Part shown: positions 48,084 through 57,520 of the stretch, piece after piece
Numbering within the stretch: the first letter of the stretch is position 1
How the letters are laid out: each line of letters starts with the position of its first letter
Notes under the pieces: generated by a model
Databases searched by the model: none
What the model was told of the DNA's origin: nothing
Seen by the model: only the letters and a program-made list of their open reading frames with translations
Made by a program: the position numbers and the translations under genes
Source of the DNA: an uncultured Chitinophaga sp.
Lineage (GTDB): Bacteria > Bacteroidota > Bacteroidia > Chitinophagales > LD1
NCBI GenBank assembly: GCA_964493695.1
Contig: CAZBPG010000007.1
Coordinates: 329 to 64,328, forward strand
Direction: 5' to 3'
Length of the DNA: 64,000 nucleotides

Positions 48084-48122
48084 CAACGGAAAAGGGAGCA
48101 CAATGCGCTCCCTTTTCCGTTG
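48084..48122 (+). terminator. Hairpin downstream of the 125-aa ORF
   Basis: CAACGGAAAAGGGAGC...GCTCCCTTTTCCGTTG, a 16-bp stem. No clear T-run follows it. Confidence 0.4.
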
Positions 48123-48226
48123 GCACCTGACTAAAATCATCGCTCTTTTTGAGCGAGGTCATTCATCTGTAGTATACCTTAAATCACATTTGATCGCAAA
48201 TATTAATAACACAAAGCATCAAGATT

Positions 48227-48424
48227 ATGAAAGCAAATGTTTGCGCCTTTGATGGCTGGTTCAGAACACTTCTCTTTATTGTTTTGCTCTGTTATGCCAT
48301 TTGGGTTGGCGGCAGCAGTTGGCTTTGGGTTATTCCTGCTGCCATTTTATTCAGTACCGCTTTTTTAATGTGGTGTTCGCTTTACGAAATGTTTGGAATC
48401 AACACTAACAAGGACAGGGCTTAA
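48227..48424 (+). CDS. DUF2892 (YgaP-like) small membrane protein
   Basis: 65 aa, two TM segments, N-terminal NVxxxDxxxR-like and C-terminal W-C-x-LY..FGINT pattern. Confidence 0.55.
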   Translation: MKANVCAFDGWFRTLLFIVLLCYAIWVGGSSWLWVIPAAILFSTAFLMWCSLYEMFGINTNKDRA

Positions 48425-48495
48425 ACTCATTAATAACTTATCCCCTTCCCGGCACGGTACTTCTGAAACTTGCTGAAACGTAAAACCATTCCGGT

Positions 48496-50960
48496 ATGAA
48501 TATAGTAAAGGGAGAGGAATCTTTAGCATGCTACCATTGCGGTGAAAACTGCGATGGCAGCATTGTTTCGCATCAGCACAACTTCTGCTGCAACGGCTGC
48601 AAAACTGTTTACGAAATTCTTGATGAGAATAATTTGTGTGGGTATTATGACATGAATACCGCTCCCGGCAGTTCGTTCGCCAAGGAAGTAAACACAAATA
48701 AATTCGCTTATCTGGAAGATGAGCAGATTGCCCAACAGCTGATTCAGTTTAAGGATGGAAGTATTTCAACAGTTACATTTTACATGCCGCAGATTCATTG
48801 CAGTTCCTGTATATTTCTTTTAGAAAATCTTTTCAAAATAAAAGACGGAATAAAAAGAAGCGCTGTCAATTTTCTAAAGCGGGAGGTGCATATCACTTTT
48901 GATAATTCTAAATTAAATCTGAGTCAGGTTGTAGAAACTCTTGCTTCGCTTGGTTATGAACCGCATATTAACCTTAACGACTTAACCCGAAAAGAAAAAC
49001 AACATCACTTGCGCAGATACTATCTAAAGATAGGCGTTGCGTTTTTCTGTTTTGGAAATATCATGTTGCTTTCTTTTCCTGAATATCTGGGAATAGATGC
49101 GCTGACCGAATCACCTTTCCGTAAGTTTTTCGGATACCTGAATTTCATCCTCTCTCTCCCCGTTCTTTTTTACTGTTCTCAGGAGTTTTTCATTTCCGCC
49201 TGGAGCGCATTAAAACAGAAAGCCTTGAATATGGATTTCCCGATTGTGCTCGGCATACTCGCTATGTTTATCCGCAGCAGTTACGAAGTATTTTCCAACA
49301 CCGGTGCCGGATATTTTGACACTATGGCAAGCTTGCTGCTGCTGATGTTAATCGGAAGGCTGTTTCAAAACAAAACGTACGATACGCTCTCTTTCGAGCG
49401 TGATTACAAATCATACTTCCCGGTGGCGGTTACTACCGTTAACAACGGAAATGAAACCACCATCCCGCTTACAAATCTACGCTTAGGCGACAGGATGTTA
49501 GTGCGCAACATGGAACTTATTCCTGCTGATGCTGTCCTGATAAAAGGGAAAGGAAACATTGATTACAGTTTTGTAACCGGTGAGTCAACTCCCATTTCTA
49601 AAAGCAGTGGCGATTTAATTTATGCCGGAGGCAAGCAGTTGGGCGGAGCTATTGAAGTAGATGTAATGAAAGATGTTTCTCATAGTTACCTCACACAACT
49701 CTGGAACGACTCGGCTTTTAGTAAAGAAGAAAAGCAAAGTGTTACATCACTTGCAACAAAAATGAGCAATTGGTTTACACCCGTAGTAATTGCCATTGCG
49801 TTTCTTGCTTCTGCTTATTGGTGGAACAAGGATTTTCATAAGGCGCTGAACGCGTTCACCTCCGTTCTTATTATTACCTGCCCTTGTGCGCTTGCGCTTT
49901 CATCACCATTTACGCTTGGCAATATTTTGCGGATACTCGGGCTGAATAAAATTTATCTGAAGAATGCTCTTGCCATCGAGAAACTTGCTCAAATCAATTC
50001 GATTGTATTTGACAAAACCGGAACGCTTACTAATACGAAGATTGCGAAGATTGAGTACCAGTCAACTGATACTACGGGTCTTTCTGTTTACGAAACTCAA
50101 TTAGTAAAATCATTAGTCTACCATTCCTCACACCCACTCAGCAAAAAAGTTTACGGGTATTTAAAAGGAGTAAAAGTAATTCCGACAGAAGATTTCAGGG
50201 AAGATGAAGGAAAAGGTATTGAGGGTTGGGTTGATGAAAATTGTGTGCGTATAGGCTCTAAGAAATTTTTATTCGGAGAAGTAAATACAGATGGTTCTCC
50301 GGTTTCGGATTTCCGTCATGCCTCAAAGGTTTACGTTGGAATAAACGGGAAAGTGCGCGGTTTTTTTTAGTGAAAAATGAATACCGGAAAGGCTTTGGGG
50401 ATTTAATGAATAAACTTCGCCAACGCTATGAAACGTATATAGTAAGCGGAGACAATGACGCAGAGAAAAATTTTCTAAAACAGCATGTGAATGAAAAGAC
50501 CTTGGTGTTTCATCAACAGCCGGCTGATAAGTTGAACGTGATTAAAGAAATTCAAACCACTGGTAAAAAGGTAATGATGATTGGCGATGGGCTAAACGAT
50601 GCCGGTGCATTAAAACAGGCAGAAGTTGGCATTGCTATAAGCGATGATGTGAACAACTTTTCGCCAGCATGCGATGGTATTATTGACTCCTCGCAGTTTG
50701 ACAAAATTGATTCCTTGTTGGGCTATTCTAAAACAGGCGTAAGTATTATCAAAGCAAGTTTTGTGATTTCACTTTTGTATAACCTTGTTGGAATTTCATT
50801 TGCGGTAAAAGGAACTATGAGTCCGCTTATTGCCGCAGTTCTTATGCCGGTCAGTTCTGTTACTATTATTCTGTTTACTACCTTGGCTTCAACTTTCATC
50901 GGCAGAAAATATTTTTCTGAAGAAACGGAAGTTCAAAACAGTATAATCATAAACAAATAG
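48496..50960 (+). pseudogene. ccoI: CcoI/FixI-like heavy-metal (copper) P1B-type ATPase, interrupted by a frameshift in a T8 run (two ORFs: 48496-50370 and 50370-50960)
   Basis: N-terminal CYHCGENC...CCNGCKTVYEIL metal-binding domain, CPC motif (ITCPCAL), DKTGT phosphorylation site, and the GDGLNDAGAL hinge in the second ORF. Inserting one T at 50361-50368 fuses ...VRGFF to LVKNEYRKGF... in frame. Confidence 0.75.
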
Positions 50961-50965
50961 ACTTA

Positions 50966-52369
50966 ATGAAAATCTCCTTTCATGGTGCTGCCCGGATGGT
51001 CACCGGCAGCAAACACTTACTCGAACTGAATGACGGAACAAAAATCCTACTTGACTGCGGCATGTTTCAGGGCAATCCGAAAGAAGCAGATGCACTCAAT
51101 CGCGATTGGGGATTTGACCCTCGCGAAATCGATTTCCTTATACTATCACATGCACATATTGACCATTGCGGCTTAATTCCCAAGCTTATTGCGGATGGCT
51201 ACAAAGGGAAGGTATTTTGTACTCCTGCCACCTTTGATTTGGTAAAAATTCTTTTGCTTGATTCAGCGCATATACAAAAGCAGGATATCTTTTATCATAA
51301 CAAAAAGCGGGCAAAGCGCGGTGAAACACCGGTGGAAGCATTGTATACCGAAAACGATGTAAACACCGCGTTCAATCGGTTTGAATTAGTGAAGTATAAC
51401 GAAGAAAAAATTTTAAAGGAAGGAGTCTCATTCTCTTACACCGATGTCGGCCACATTATAGGTAGTGCAGCAGTGCATCTGAAAATCAATGATGGGAAAA
51501 GGGATATCAAGCTTACTTTCAGCGGAGACGTAGGCAGATACAATGATGAATTACTACGGTCTCCCGATACTTTTCCCCAGGCAGATTTTCTGATTCTTGA
51601 GTCAACATACGGAGATAGTTTACATGAAGATGCGCAGGTAAAAGACAATAAACTGTTAGAAGCGATTGTAAATACATGCTTGAAAAAAAGGGGAAAACTG
51701 GTAATTCCGGCATTTAGCGTGGGCAGAACTCAGGAAATTGTTTACGCCCTGAACCGGTTGGAAATTTCAAAGGCATTGCCGGACATTGATTTTTTTGTAG
51801 ACTCTCCCCTTTCTGTAGAAGCTACGCAGGTGATGAAGAACCATCAGGGAGAACTGAATAAAAAGTTTCAGGAGTTTCTGAAACGCGATAAAGAACCGTT
51901 TGATTTTAAAAGATTACACTACATACAAAATGTGGAAGAGTCGAAAGCGCTGAATATGCGCAAAGAACCTTGTGTAATCATTTCAGCGTCCGGCATGGCC
52001 GATGCAGGTCGCGTAAAGCATCACATCAAAAATGTAATCAGCGATAGCAGAAATACGATTTTGATTGTGGGGTATTGCGAACCACGTTCGTTAGGCGGTA
52101 AACTTATGCGTAACTACAAAGATGTAACTCTCTTTGGCGAGCCGTATGAAGTGCGGGCAGAAATCCAGGTGATGCGAAGCATGAGTGCGCATGGCGATTA
52201 CGAAGATTTGTGTCAGTTCATTGCCTGTCAGAATCCGCAAGCGGTAAAGAAGTTGTTCCTCGTTCACGGAGAATACGATGTGCAGCAAACTTTCAGAAGT
52301 AAATTGCTCCGCAAAGGATTTTCATTTGTAGAAATTCCCGAGTTGCATCAACAGATGGAGCTTAGTTAA
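50966..52369 (+). CDS. MBL-fold metallo-hydrolase with beta-CASP / RNA-metabolising domain
   Basis: 467 aa. HAHIDH motif and the beta-CASP and C-terminal RMMBL-like region (MSAHGD). Confidence 0.85.
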   Translation: MKISFHGAARMVTGSKHLLELNDGTKILLDCGMFQGNPKEADALNRDWGFDPREIDFLILSHAHIDHCGLIPKLIADGYKGKVFCTPATFDLVKILLLDSAHIQKQDIFYHNKKRAKRGETPVEALYTENDVNTAFNRFELVKYNEEKILKEGVSFSYTDVGHIIGSAAVHLKINDGKRDIKLTFSGDVGRYNDELLRSPDTFPQADFLILESTYGDSLHEDAQVKDNKLLEAIVNTCLKKRGKLVIPAFSVGRTQEIVYALNRLEISKALPDIDFFVDSPLSVEATQVMKNHQGELNKKFQEFLKRDKEPFDFKRLHYIQNVEESKALNMRKEPCVIISASGMADAGRVKHHIKNVISDSRNTILIVGYCEPRSLGGKLMRNYKDVTLFGEPYEVRAEIQVMRSMSAHGDYEDLCQFIACQNPQAVKKLFLVHGEYDVQQTFRSKLLRKGFSFVEIPELHQQMELS

Positions 52370-52385
52370 CCAGTATAGTATCAGT

Positions 52386-53660
52386 ATGAAGTTAGTTTCA
52401 GCAGAAACAGCAGTTGCGCTTGTAAAAAGTAATGATCGTGTTTTCATTCATGGCGGCTGTGCTACTCCACAACGTTTGGTAGATGCGTTGACTAACCGTC
52501 ACAGCGAATTAAAATCCGTTGAAATTACTCACTTGCATACTGAAGGAAGCGCACCTTATGCCAACCCTGCGTATGCCGGTGCGTTTCGAGTCAACTCTTT
52601 TTTCATCGGCAAAAACGTACGTGCGCATGTGAACGAAATCGGTGTGCAGTACATTCCCATGTTTCTGAGTGAGATTCCCTTGTTCATCCGTAAAGGAGGT
52701 TTTACTATAGATGTGGCGATTATTCAGTTAAGTCCGCCAGATGCACACGGGTTTTGTTCGCTTGGTATTTCTGTGGATATCGCCCGGGCTGCTTGCGAGG
52801 TGGCGGGTAAAATTATTGCGTTGATCAATCCAAACATGCCTAGGTCATTGGGCGATAGTTTTATTCATCATTCAAAAATTACTGCCGCTGTTTATGCCGA
52901 AGATGCAATTCACGAATGCGGAAATTCCGGAATGAGCGAAACGGAAACTGCTATTGGTAAAAATGTAGCAGCATTGATTGAAGACGGAGCTACTCTGCAA
53001 ATGGGTATTGGAGGAATTCCGAATGCAGTATTGCAGTTTCTTAGTAATCACAAAAATTTGGGTGTACATACCGAAATGTTTTCGGATGGTATTTTGCCTT
53101 TGGTAAAAAGCGGAGTAGTTAACGGAAAGCTAAAAACCAAACATCCAGGCAAAGTTGTTTCCTCTTTTGCAATGGGCACGCGCGCGTTATATGATTTCGT
53201 TCACGATAATCCGGAAGTAGCTATGCTGGATGTGGCGTACGTGAACGATACCTCTGTAATACGGAAAAACAAAAAGGTTACCGCTATCAACAGCGCTATT
53301 GAAATTGATTTAACCGGTCAGGTTTGTGCTGACTCTATTGGCACAGAAATTTTCAGTGGTGTTGGCGGGCAGATGGATTTTATTCGCGGGGCTGCTTTGA
53401 GCGAAGGCGGCAAGCCAATTATTGCGCTTGGTTCTGTTACTGCCAAAGGGATTTCTAAAATTGTACCGGTGCTCAAAAACGGTGCCGGTGTGGTTACTAC
53501 CCGAGCTCATGTTCAGTATGTAGTAACTGAATACGGCACGGTTGATTTATATGGGAAGAATATTGCACAACGCGCTAAAGCACTCATTAGCATTGCTCAT
53601 CCCGGTCACCGGAATGAATTAGAAAAAGAGGCGTTTAGATTGTACGGAAAGAGCTGGTAA
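52386..53660 (+). CDS. Acetyl-CoA hydrolase/transferase family protein (4-hydroxybutyrate CoA-transferase-like)
   Basis: 424 aa. Family-typical GIGGIPNAV and EMFSDG segments. Confidence 0.85.
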   Translation: MKLVSAETAVALVKSNDRVFIHGGCATPQRLVDALTNRHSELKSVEITHLHTEGSAPYANPAYAGAFRVNSFFIGKNVRAHVNEIGVQYIPMFLSEIPLFIRKGGFTIDVAIIQLSPPDAHGFCSLGISVDIARAACEVAGKIIALINPNMPRSLGDSFIHHSKITAAVYAEDAIHECGNSGMSETETAIGKNVAALIEDGATLQMGIGGIPNAVLQFLSNHKNLGVHTEMFSDGILPLVKSGVVNGKLKTKHPGKVVSSFAMGTRALYDFVHDNPEVAMLDVAYVNDTSVIRKNKKVTAINSAIEIDLTGQVCADSIGTEIFSGVGGQMDFIRGAALSEGGKPIIALGSVTAKGISKIVPVLKNGAGVVTTRAHVQYVVTEYGTVDLYGKNIAQRAKALISIAHPGHRNELEKEAFRLYGKSW

Positions 53661-53667
53661 CCCCTGA

Positions 53668-54435
53668 CTATAAATTCTTCCTTTTAAAAATTCTTTCGGA
53701 AACAAGAAGTGGGATAATTGTCCAAACTACCATTACGGCAATGGTGTAACCCAACCCAAAGCCGCTGCCGAAAAACTGTTTATAAACAGCCCCGGTAAAG
53801 CCCATGAGTGCGCTGATATCAAGTTTCATCAGCACCATAATGCGGGCCATATCTATAGGATTAAGCGAGGCCAGTACAATCACAGCTTTATCTAACGGAT
53901 AATCACTGAACGAAAAAAGAATGCCCAGGACAATAGCATCGTAAATTACGGCAAAGTAAAACCACAGCAACAGTGACATGCCAATGCCCTTGGCTTTATC
54001 GCGCATGGCTACCGATGCAAAAAACGCAATGGAGATAAATGAAATAGTAAGAGAAACTCCCGATAACAGGAGGACAAATCCTGTTGCATTTGGAGAATAA
54101 ATCAGCACCGGAGTTCCGATACCAATGAGGAAAGCGGCCGTCATAGACACAGCAACACCCAAAAACTCTCCGAGCAAAATAGTGTTACGACTCAAGGGCT
54201 GAGCTACGAGCAATTCTATAAACTCGTATGCATTGTAGAAATAAGTGGTAGTAAAAACCACACTAATCAGCGGAACAATAATGAGAACTATGCTGAGCAG
54301 ACTAACTACACTTTTTGCCCCATCTGTTTCGAGCGCGAAAAGAGCAAAAGATCCAACCAGCAAAAACAAGGTATAGGCAATAAGCACCTTGCTTCGAAGA
54401 ATATCGTAGATGACGTATTTGCTTATCTTAAACAT
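53668..54435 (-). CDS. nosY: ABC-2 type permease of the nitrous-oxide reductase maturation transporter
   Basis: 255 aa, 6 TM segments. Overlaps nosF by 8 nt. Last gene of the nos cluster. Confidence 0.75.
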   Translation of the reverse strand: MFKISKYVIYDILRSKVLIAYTLFLLVGSFALFALETDGAKSVVSLLSIVLIIVPLISVVFTTTYFYNAYEFIELLVAQPLSRNTILLGEFLGVAVSMTAAFLIGIGTPVLIYSPNATGFVLLLSGVSLTISFISIAFFASVAMRDKAKGIGMSLLLWFYFAVIYDAIVLGILFSFSDYPLDKAVIVLASLNPIDMARIMVLMKLDISALMGFTGAVYKQFFGSGFGLGYTIAVMVVWTIIPLLVSERIFKRKNL

Positions 54436-55141
54436 TGGCTTCGCGCTTCATAATTCTTGCAATTGCTTTCCCTAGTTTTTCTTCACCGGTTTCGGCCTTC
54501 AATTCGCCTATGGTTTTATAAAAATTGATTTTGCCTTCAAACAGGTACATAATTTTATCAGCCATTTCCTCCACCTCGCTCATAATGTGTGAAGTGACAA
54601 TTACCAATTTCCCCTCGCTTTTTGCTTTCAGAATTTTTGTTTTCAAAATTTCAGAAGCCAAAGGGTCGAGCCCTGCAGTAGGTTCATCAAGTACTAAAAC
54701 CTTAGGATTGAAAAGAAAGGCTAAGGCGGCACTTACTTTCTGCGTTGTCCCTCCCGAAAGAGTGCGCATGGGCTTGTCGTGCATAGAACTGAGCTGAAAT
54801 TCATCAAGCAACTCCTCATCCAAAGCACACGAAGATTTGCGCAGGTCTTTCATCATTGCAAACAGCTGTCCCATCTTCATATTCTCCGGATACCGTCCAA
54901 TCTGTGGCATGTAACCAACGTGGTGACGGTAAGTGAAATCTTTCGCCACATCTTTATTGTCGAAATAAATTTTGCCCTTATCTGCCACCACCATTCCCAA
55001 AATACTTTTGATGAGTGTAGTTTTGCCGGACCCGTTCGGACCGATAACGCTTACCACTTCGCCTCCTATAAAAGAAGCATTCACTCCCTTCAGCACATGA
55101 AGTTTGCCGAAATGTTTTTCTAAATTTTCTGTGCGTATCAT
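54428..55141 (-). CDS. nosF: ABC transporter ATP-binding protein NosF
   Basis: Walker A GPNGSGKTT, signature LSGGTTQK, Walker B LVLDEP. Overlaps nosD by 4 nt. Confidence 0.85.
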   Translation of the reverse strand: MIRTENLEKHFGKLHVLKGVNASFIGGEVVSVIGPNGSGKTTLIKSILGMVVADKGKIYFDNKDVAKDFTYRHHVGYMPQIGRYPENMKMGQLFAMMKDLRKSSCALDEELLDEFQLSSMHDKPMRTLSGGTTQKVSAALAFLFNPKVLVLDEPTAGLDPLASEILKTKILKAKSEGKLVIVTSHIMSEVEEMADKIMYLFEGKINFYKTIGELKAETGEEKLGKAIARIMKREANV

Positions 55142-56373
55142 CTTTTAGAAATCATTTTCATCAGTGGCTTATCATCTACAAAAGTTTCAGGCACAATACT
55201 CGGTATATTTTTTTCAGCACGGTTCAATATATCAATTGTAAAACTTCGCATCAGCATTACCGCATAAGGCATTTGCTCTACCAATACCGAATACAGATTT
55301 ACCGGGCGATAAGGAATGTCACCAATCGCATCACGGTTTAGGTCGTAGCCCTCGTATTTATCCCAATAATTATTTTCGAAAAGATTTTCTTTCAACTCTC
55401 CATTGGTAGAAGCATCAAAGGTATTGCCTGAAAAATTATTGCGCACAAAAGTATCGAGCCTGCAATTTGCCATCACCTTCATGGCATAACCGTTTTTCAG
55501 AAAATTGTTTCCCTCAAAACGCATGTTGGTTCCGCCTTCCATTGTAACACCAACAGTGTTGTTCTGAAAAATGTTTCCCTTGATAATTCCATTGCTCATG
55601 TCCTTAAGCAAAAGACCGTAAGATGCATCGCCCCAGTTGTTTTCAAACTTATTGTTGAACATGTAAACGCCCTTGCTGTACATGACCGCCACGCCGGTTC
55701 CGTTGTTGGTAAAAACGTTTTTCTCGTAGGTGTCGTTATCGGAAAACATAAAATGCAAACCATAGCGATAATTCTTCTCGCATAAGTTACTCCGGATAAA
55801 ACAATTCTTGGCAAACTCCAGATAAACTCCATCCCGGTGACCTTCCAGATGATTTCCCTCCATCTTTATACTGTCACATTTCCAAAGATGAATACCATTA
55901 CCCGTATCGCTCTTGCCATAGTTAGCACCTTTGCTTTTGCAATTTTTAATCACAATGAATTTTGAATCGCTGAGGTAAATACCGAAGAAAGTATTGTTGA
56001 GCACACAGTTTTCAATCTTTACATCTCTTGACCTGAATACCCGAAGCCCCGAATAATCCTTCATGCTCCCGCATTTGCTGTTGCGTAGTTCAATACCGGT
56101 AATGCTTACGTTATCGCTCATCACCACTAGTACTTCATCTTTCATCTGTCCGTCAAGAGCAGGCAAATTTTCACCGATGATAGTGAGAGGCTTGTTGATG
56201 GTCTCGTTTATACAGGTGTATGTGCCCGACTTAATCAGTAAGGTATCGAACGCATTGGAAAGGGAAATCGCCTGTTTCAATTCCCTGATATCACATTGAG
56301 GGCAAAGCGTAATTACTGTTGCTTCACAAAAATGTATAGATGAAAAAAGAAGGAGAAAAAAAATATATGGCAT
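55138..56373 (-). CDS. nosD: NosD, periplasmic parallel beta-helix protein for NosZ maturation
   Basis: 411 aa. Repeated beta-helix units (NN.F..N..GI.L). Position between nosL and nosF. Confidence 0.85.
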   Translation of the reverse strand: MPYIFFLLLFSSIHFCEATVITLCPQCDIRELKQAISLSNAFDTLLIKSGTYTCINETINKPLTIIGENLPALDGQMKDEVLVVMSDNVSITGIELRNSKCGSMKDYSGLRVFRSRDVKIENCVLNNTFFGIYLSDSKFIVIKNCKSKGANYGKSDTGNGIHLWKCDSIKMEGNHLEGHRDGVYLEFAKNCFIRSNLCEKNYRYGLHFMFSDNDTYEKNVFTNNGTGVAVMYSKGVYMFNNKFENNWGDASYGLLLKDMSNGIIKGNIFQNNTVGVTMEGGTNMRFEGNNFLKNGYAMKVMANCRLDTFVRNNFSGNTFDASTNGELKENLFENNYWDKYEGYDLNRDAIGDIPYRPVNLYSVLVEQMPYAVMLMRSFTIDILNRAEKNIPSIVPETFVDDKPLMKMISKR

Positions 56374-56376
56374 GAA

Positions 56377-56853
56377 CTAAAAGCTGATGGCTACCACCTT
56401 ATCCCACAATAATAACTCGCCTTGTAATTCCTGCTGAGTTTTTTCTGCGTCTGCCCTTGTCTTGAATGCAGCTAGTTGCCCGCCCATAGGGCTGTTGACA
56501 TTTCCTCCTTTAAGAAAGAATGCCTTATCTGCTTCTATTAATTCTTCAGGATTGGAATAATTGATGATGAGAAACTTGTTAGCTTCAAAGTTCTTGTCCG
56601 AGTTGAGGTAATTGACCATACATTCACCGGAATCAAATTTTATAGCTTTACCTTTCTTATTCACCATTTCGGCTCCGAATTTTTTATCCATAATCGTCAT
56701 CCTGCAAAATTCGCAATGATCTTTTCCGAAATGTATGGGCTGGGGCTCAGTATTGCATGAACAGACAACAGACAACAGACAACAGACAATAGACCATGCA
56801 AGAACCCTTCGGTAATTTCTGTTTTTTACTTTCTGTTTACAAATAGCTGTCAT
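56377..56853 (-). CDS. nosL: NosL copper chaperone-like lipoprotein
   Basis: 158 aa. Cys-rich signal/lipobox region. CEFCRM...FDS..C motif typical of NosL. Confidence 0.8.
   Translation of the reverse strand: MTAICKQKVKNRNYRRVLAWSIVCCLLSVVCSCNTEPQPIHFGKDHCEFCRMTIMDKKFGAEMVNKKGKAIKFDSGECMVNYLNSDKNFEANKFLIINYSNPEELIEADKAFFLKGGNVNSPMGGQLAAFKTRADAEKTQQELQGELLLWDKVVAISF
56762..56795. repeat. Heptanucleotide tandem tract (ACAGACA)x4 plus one degenerate unit, in the nosL signal-peptide coding region
   Basis: Read directly. Encodes CCLLSVVCSC on the minus strand. Confidence 0.95.
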
Positions 56854-57422
56854 TTCCTTCTAAGCATTTCGTACAGCAATAAAGCTACTACAATTGTTGC
56901 CGGAGCAATGATGAGCCAGCCGCCAACATCAGGGAAAGAGCCTGCTACAAAATTCAACAATTCTTTCCAGCCAAAAAGTGGCGGCTGATAACTCATGCCC
57001 GGTAATTTAATGGCTGCATGAGGGTCGAGATTGTGACCGTACTCATATTCCCAATGCCAAAAATCATACATGCCCCAAGCGCCACTTGCTATCAGTAAAG
57101 AAGAATAAATCCACAGCATAAATCTTCGTCCAACTATGCCTGTTAGCAATCCCATTACCGCAAAACCCCAAATCATCCAGGGCATTATTTTAAACTCCGG
57201 AAAATTCTCTTCTTTAATCTGAGACATTCCTATGTAATGATTCAGGTTATTTATTTTATCAATGTCGCCACCAATTTTATGGCTCCAAATTTCCATTTTC
57301 AGTCCTTCGGGGTATTGCGGAGCTTCTAACTGAATCTGCCAAACCGAAATAAAGTTGGATGGAATCATTGCCAAGCCGCAAACGGCAACAATAATTCGGG
57401 TAAATAATTTTAACTGCTTCAT
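56850..57422 (-). CDS. nos-cluster integral membrane protein (function unknown)
   Basis: ATG at 57422 gives about 190 aa with 4 TM segments. ATGA overlap with nosL. Lies between nosZ and nosL. Confidence 0.6.
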   Translation of the reverse strand: MKQLKLFTRIIVAVCGLAMIPSNFISVWQIQLEAPQYPEGLKMEIWSHKIGGDIDKINNLNHYIGMSQIKEENFPEFKIMPWMIWGFAVMGLLTGIVGRRFMLWIYSSLLIASGAWGMYDFWHWEYEYGHNLDPHAAIKLPGMSYQPPLFGWKELLNFVAGSFPDVGGWLIIAPATIVVALLLYEMLRRK

Positions 57423-57520
57423 TTTTCTTGCTTGAAACACCACTACACAGAACTGACCGGGAAATCCTACCGGGAAAAAGAAGGGAGCCACTTGCGGCTC
57501 CCTTCCTGTCAATTATAAAC

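Noticed and set aside
50361-50370. Programmed ribosomal frameshifting as the explanation for the split ccoI
   Set aside because: I see no downstream stimulatory structure. The slippery run ends in a stop codon, and P-type ATPases are not known to use recoding. A homopolymer error or mutation is more parsimonious.
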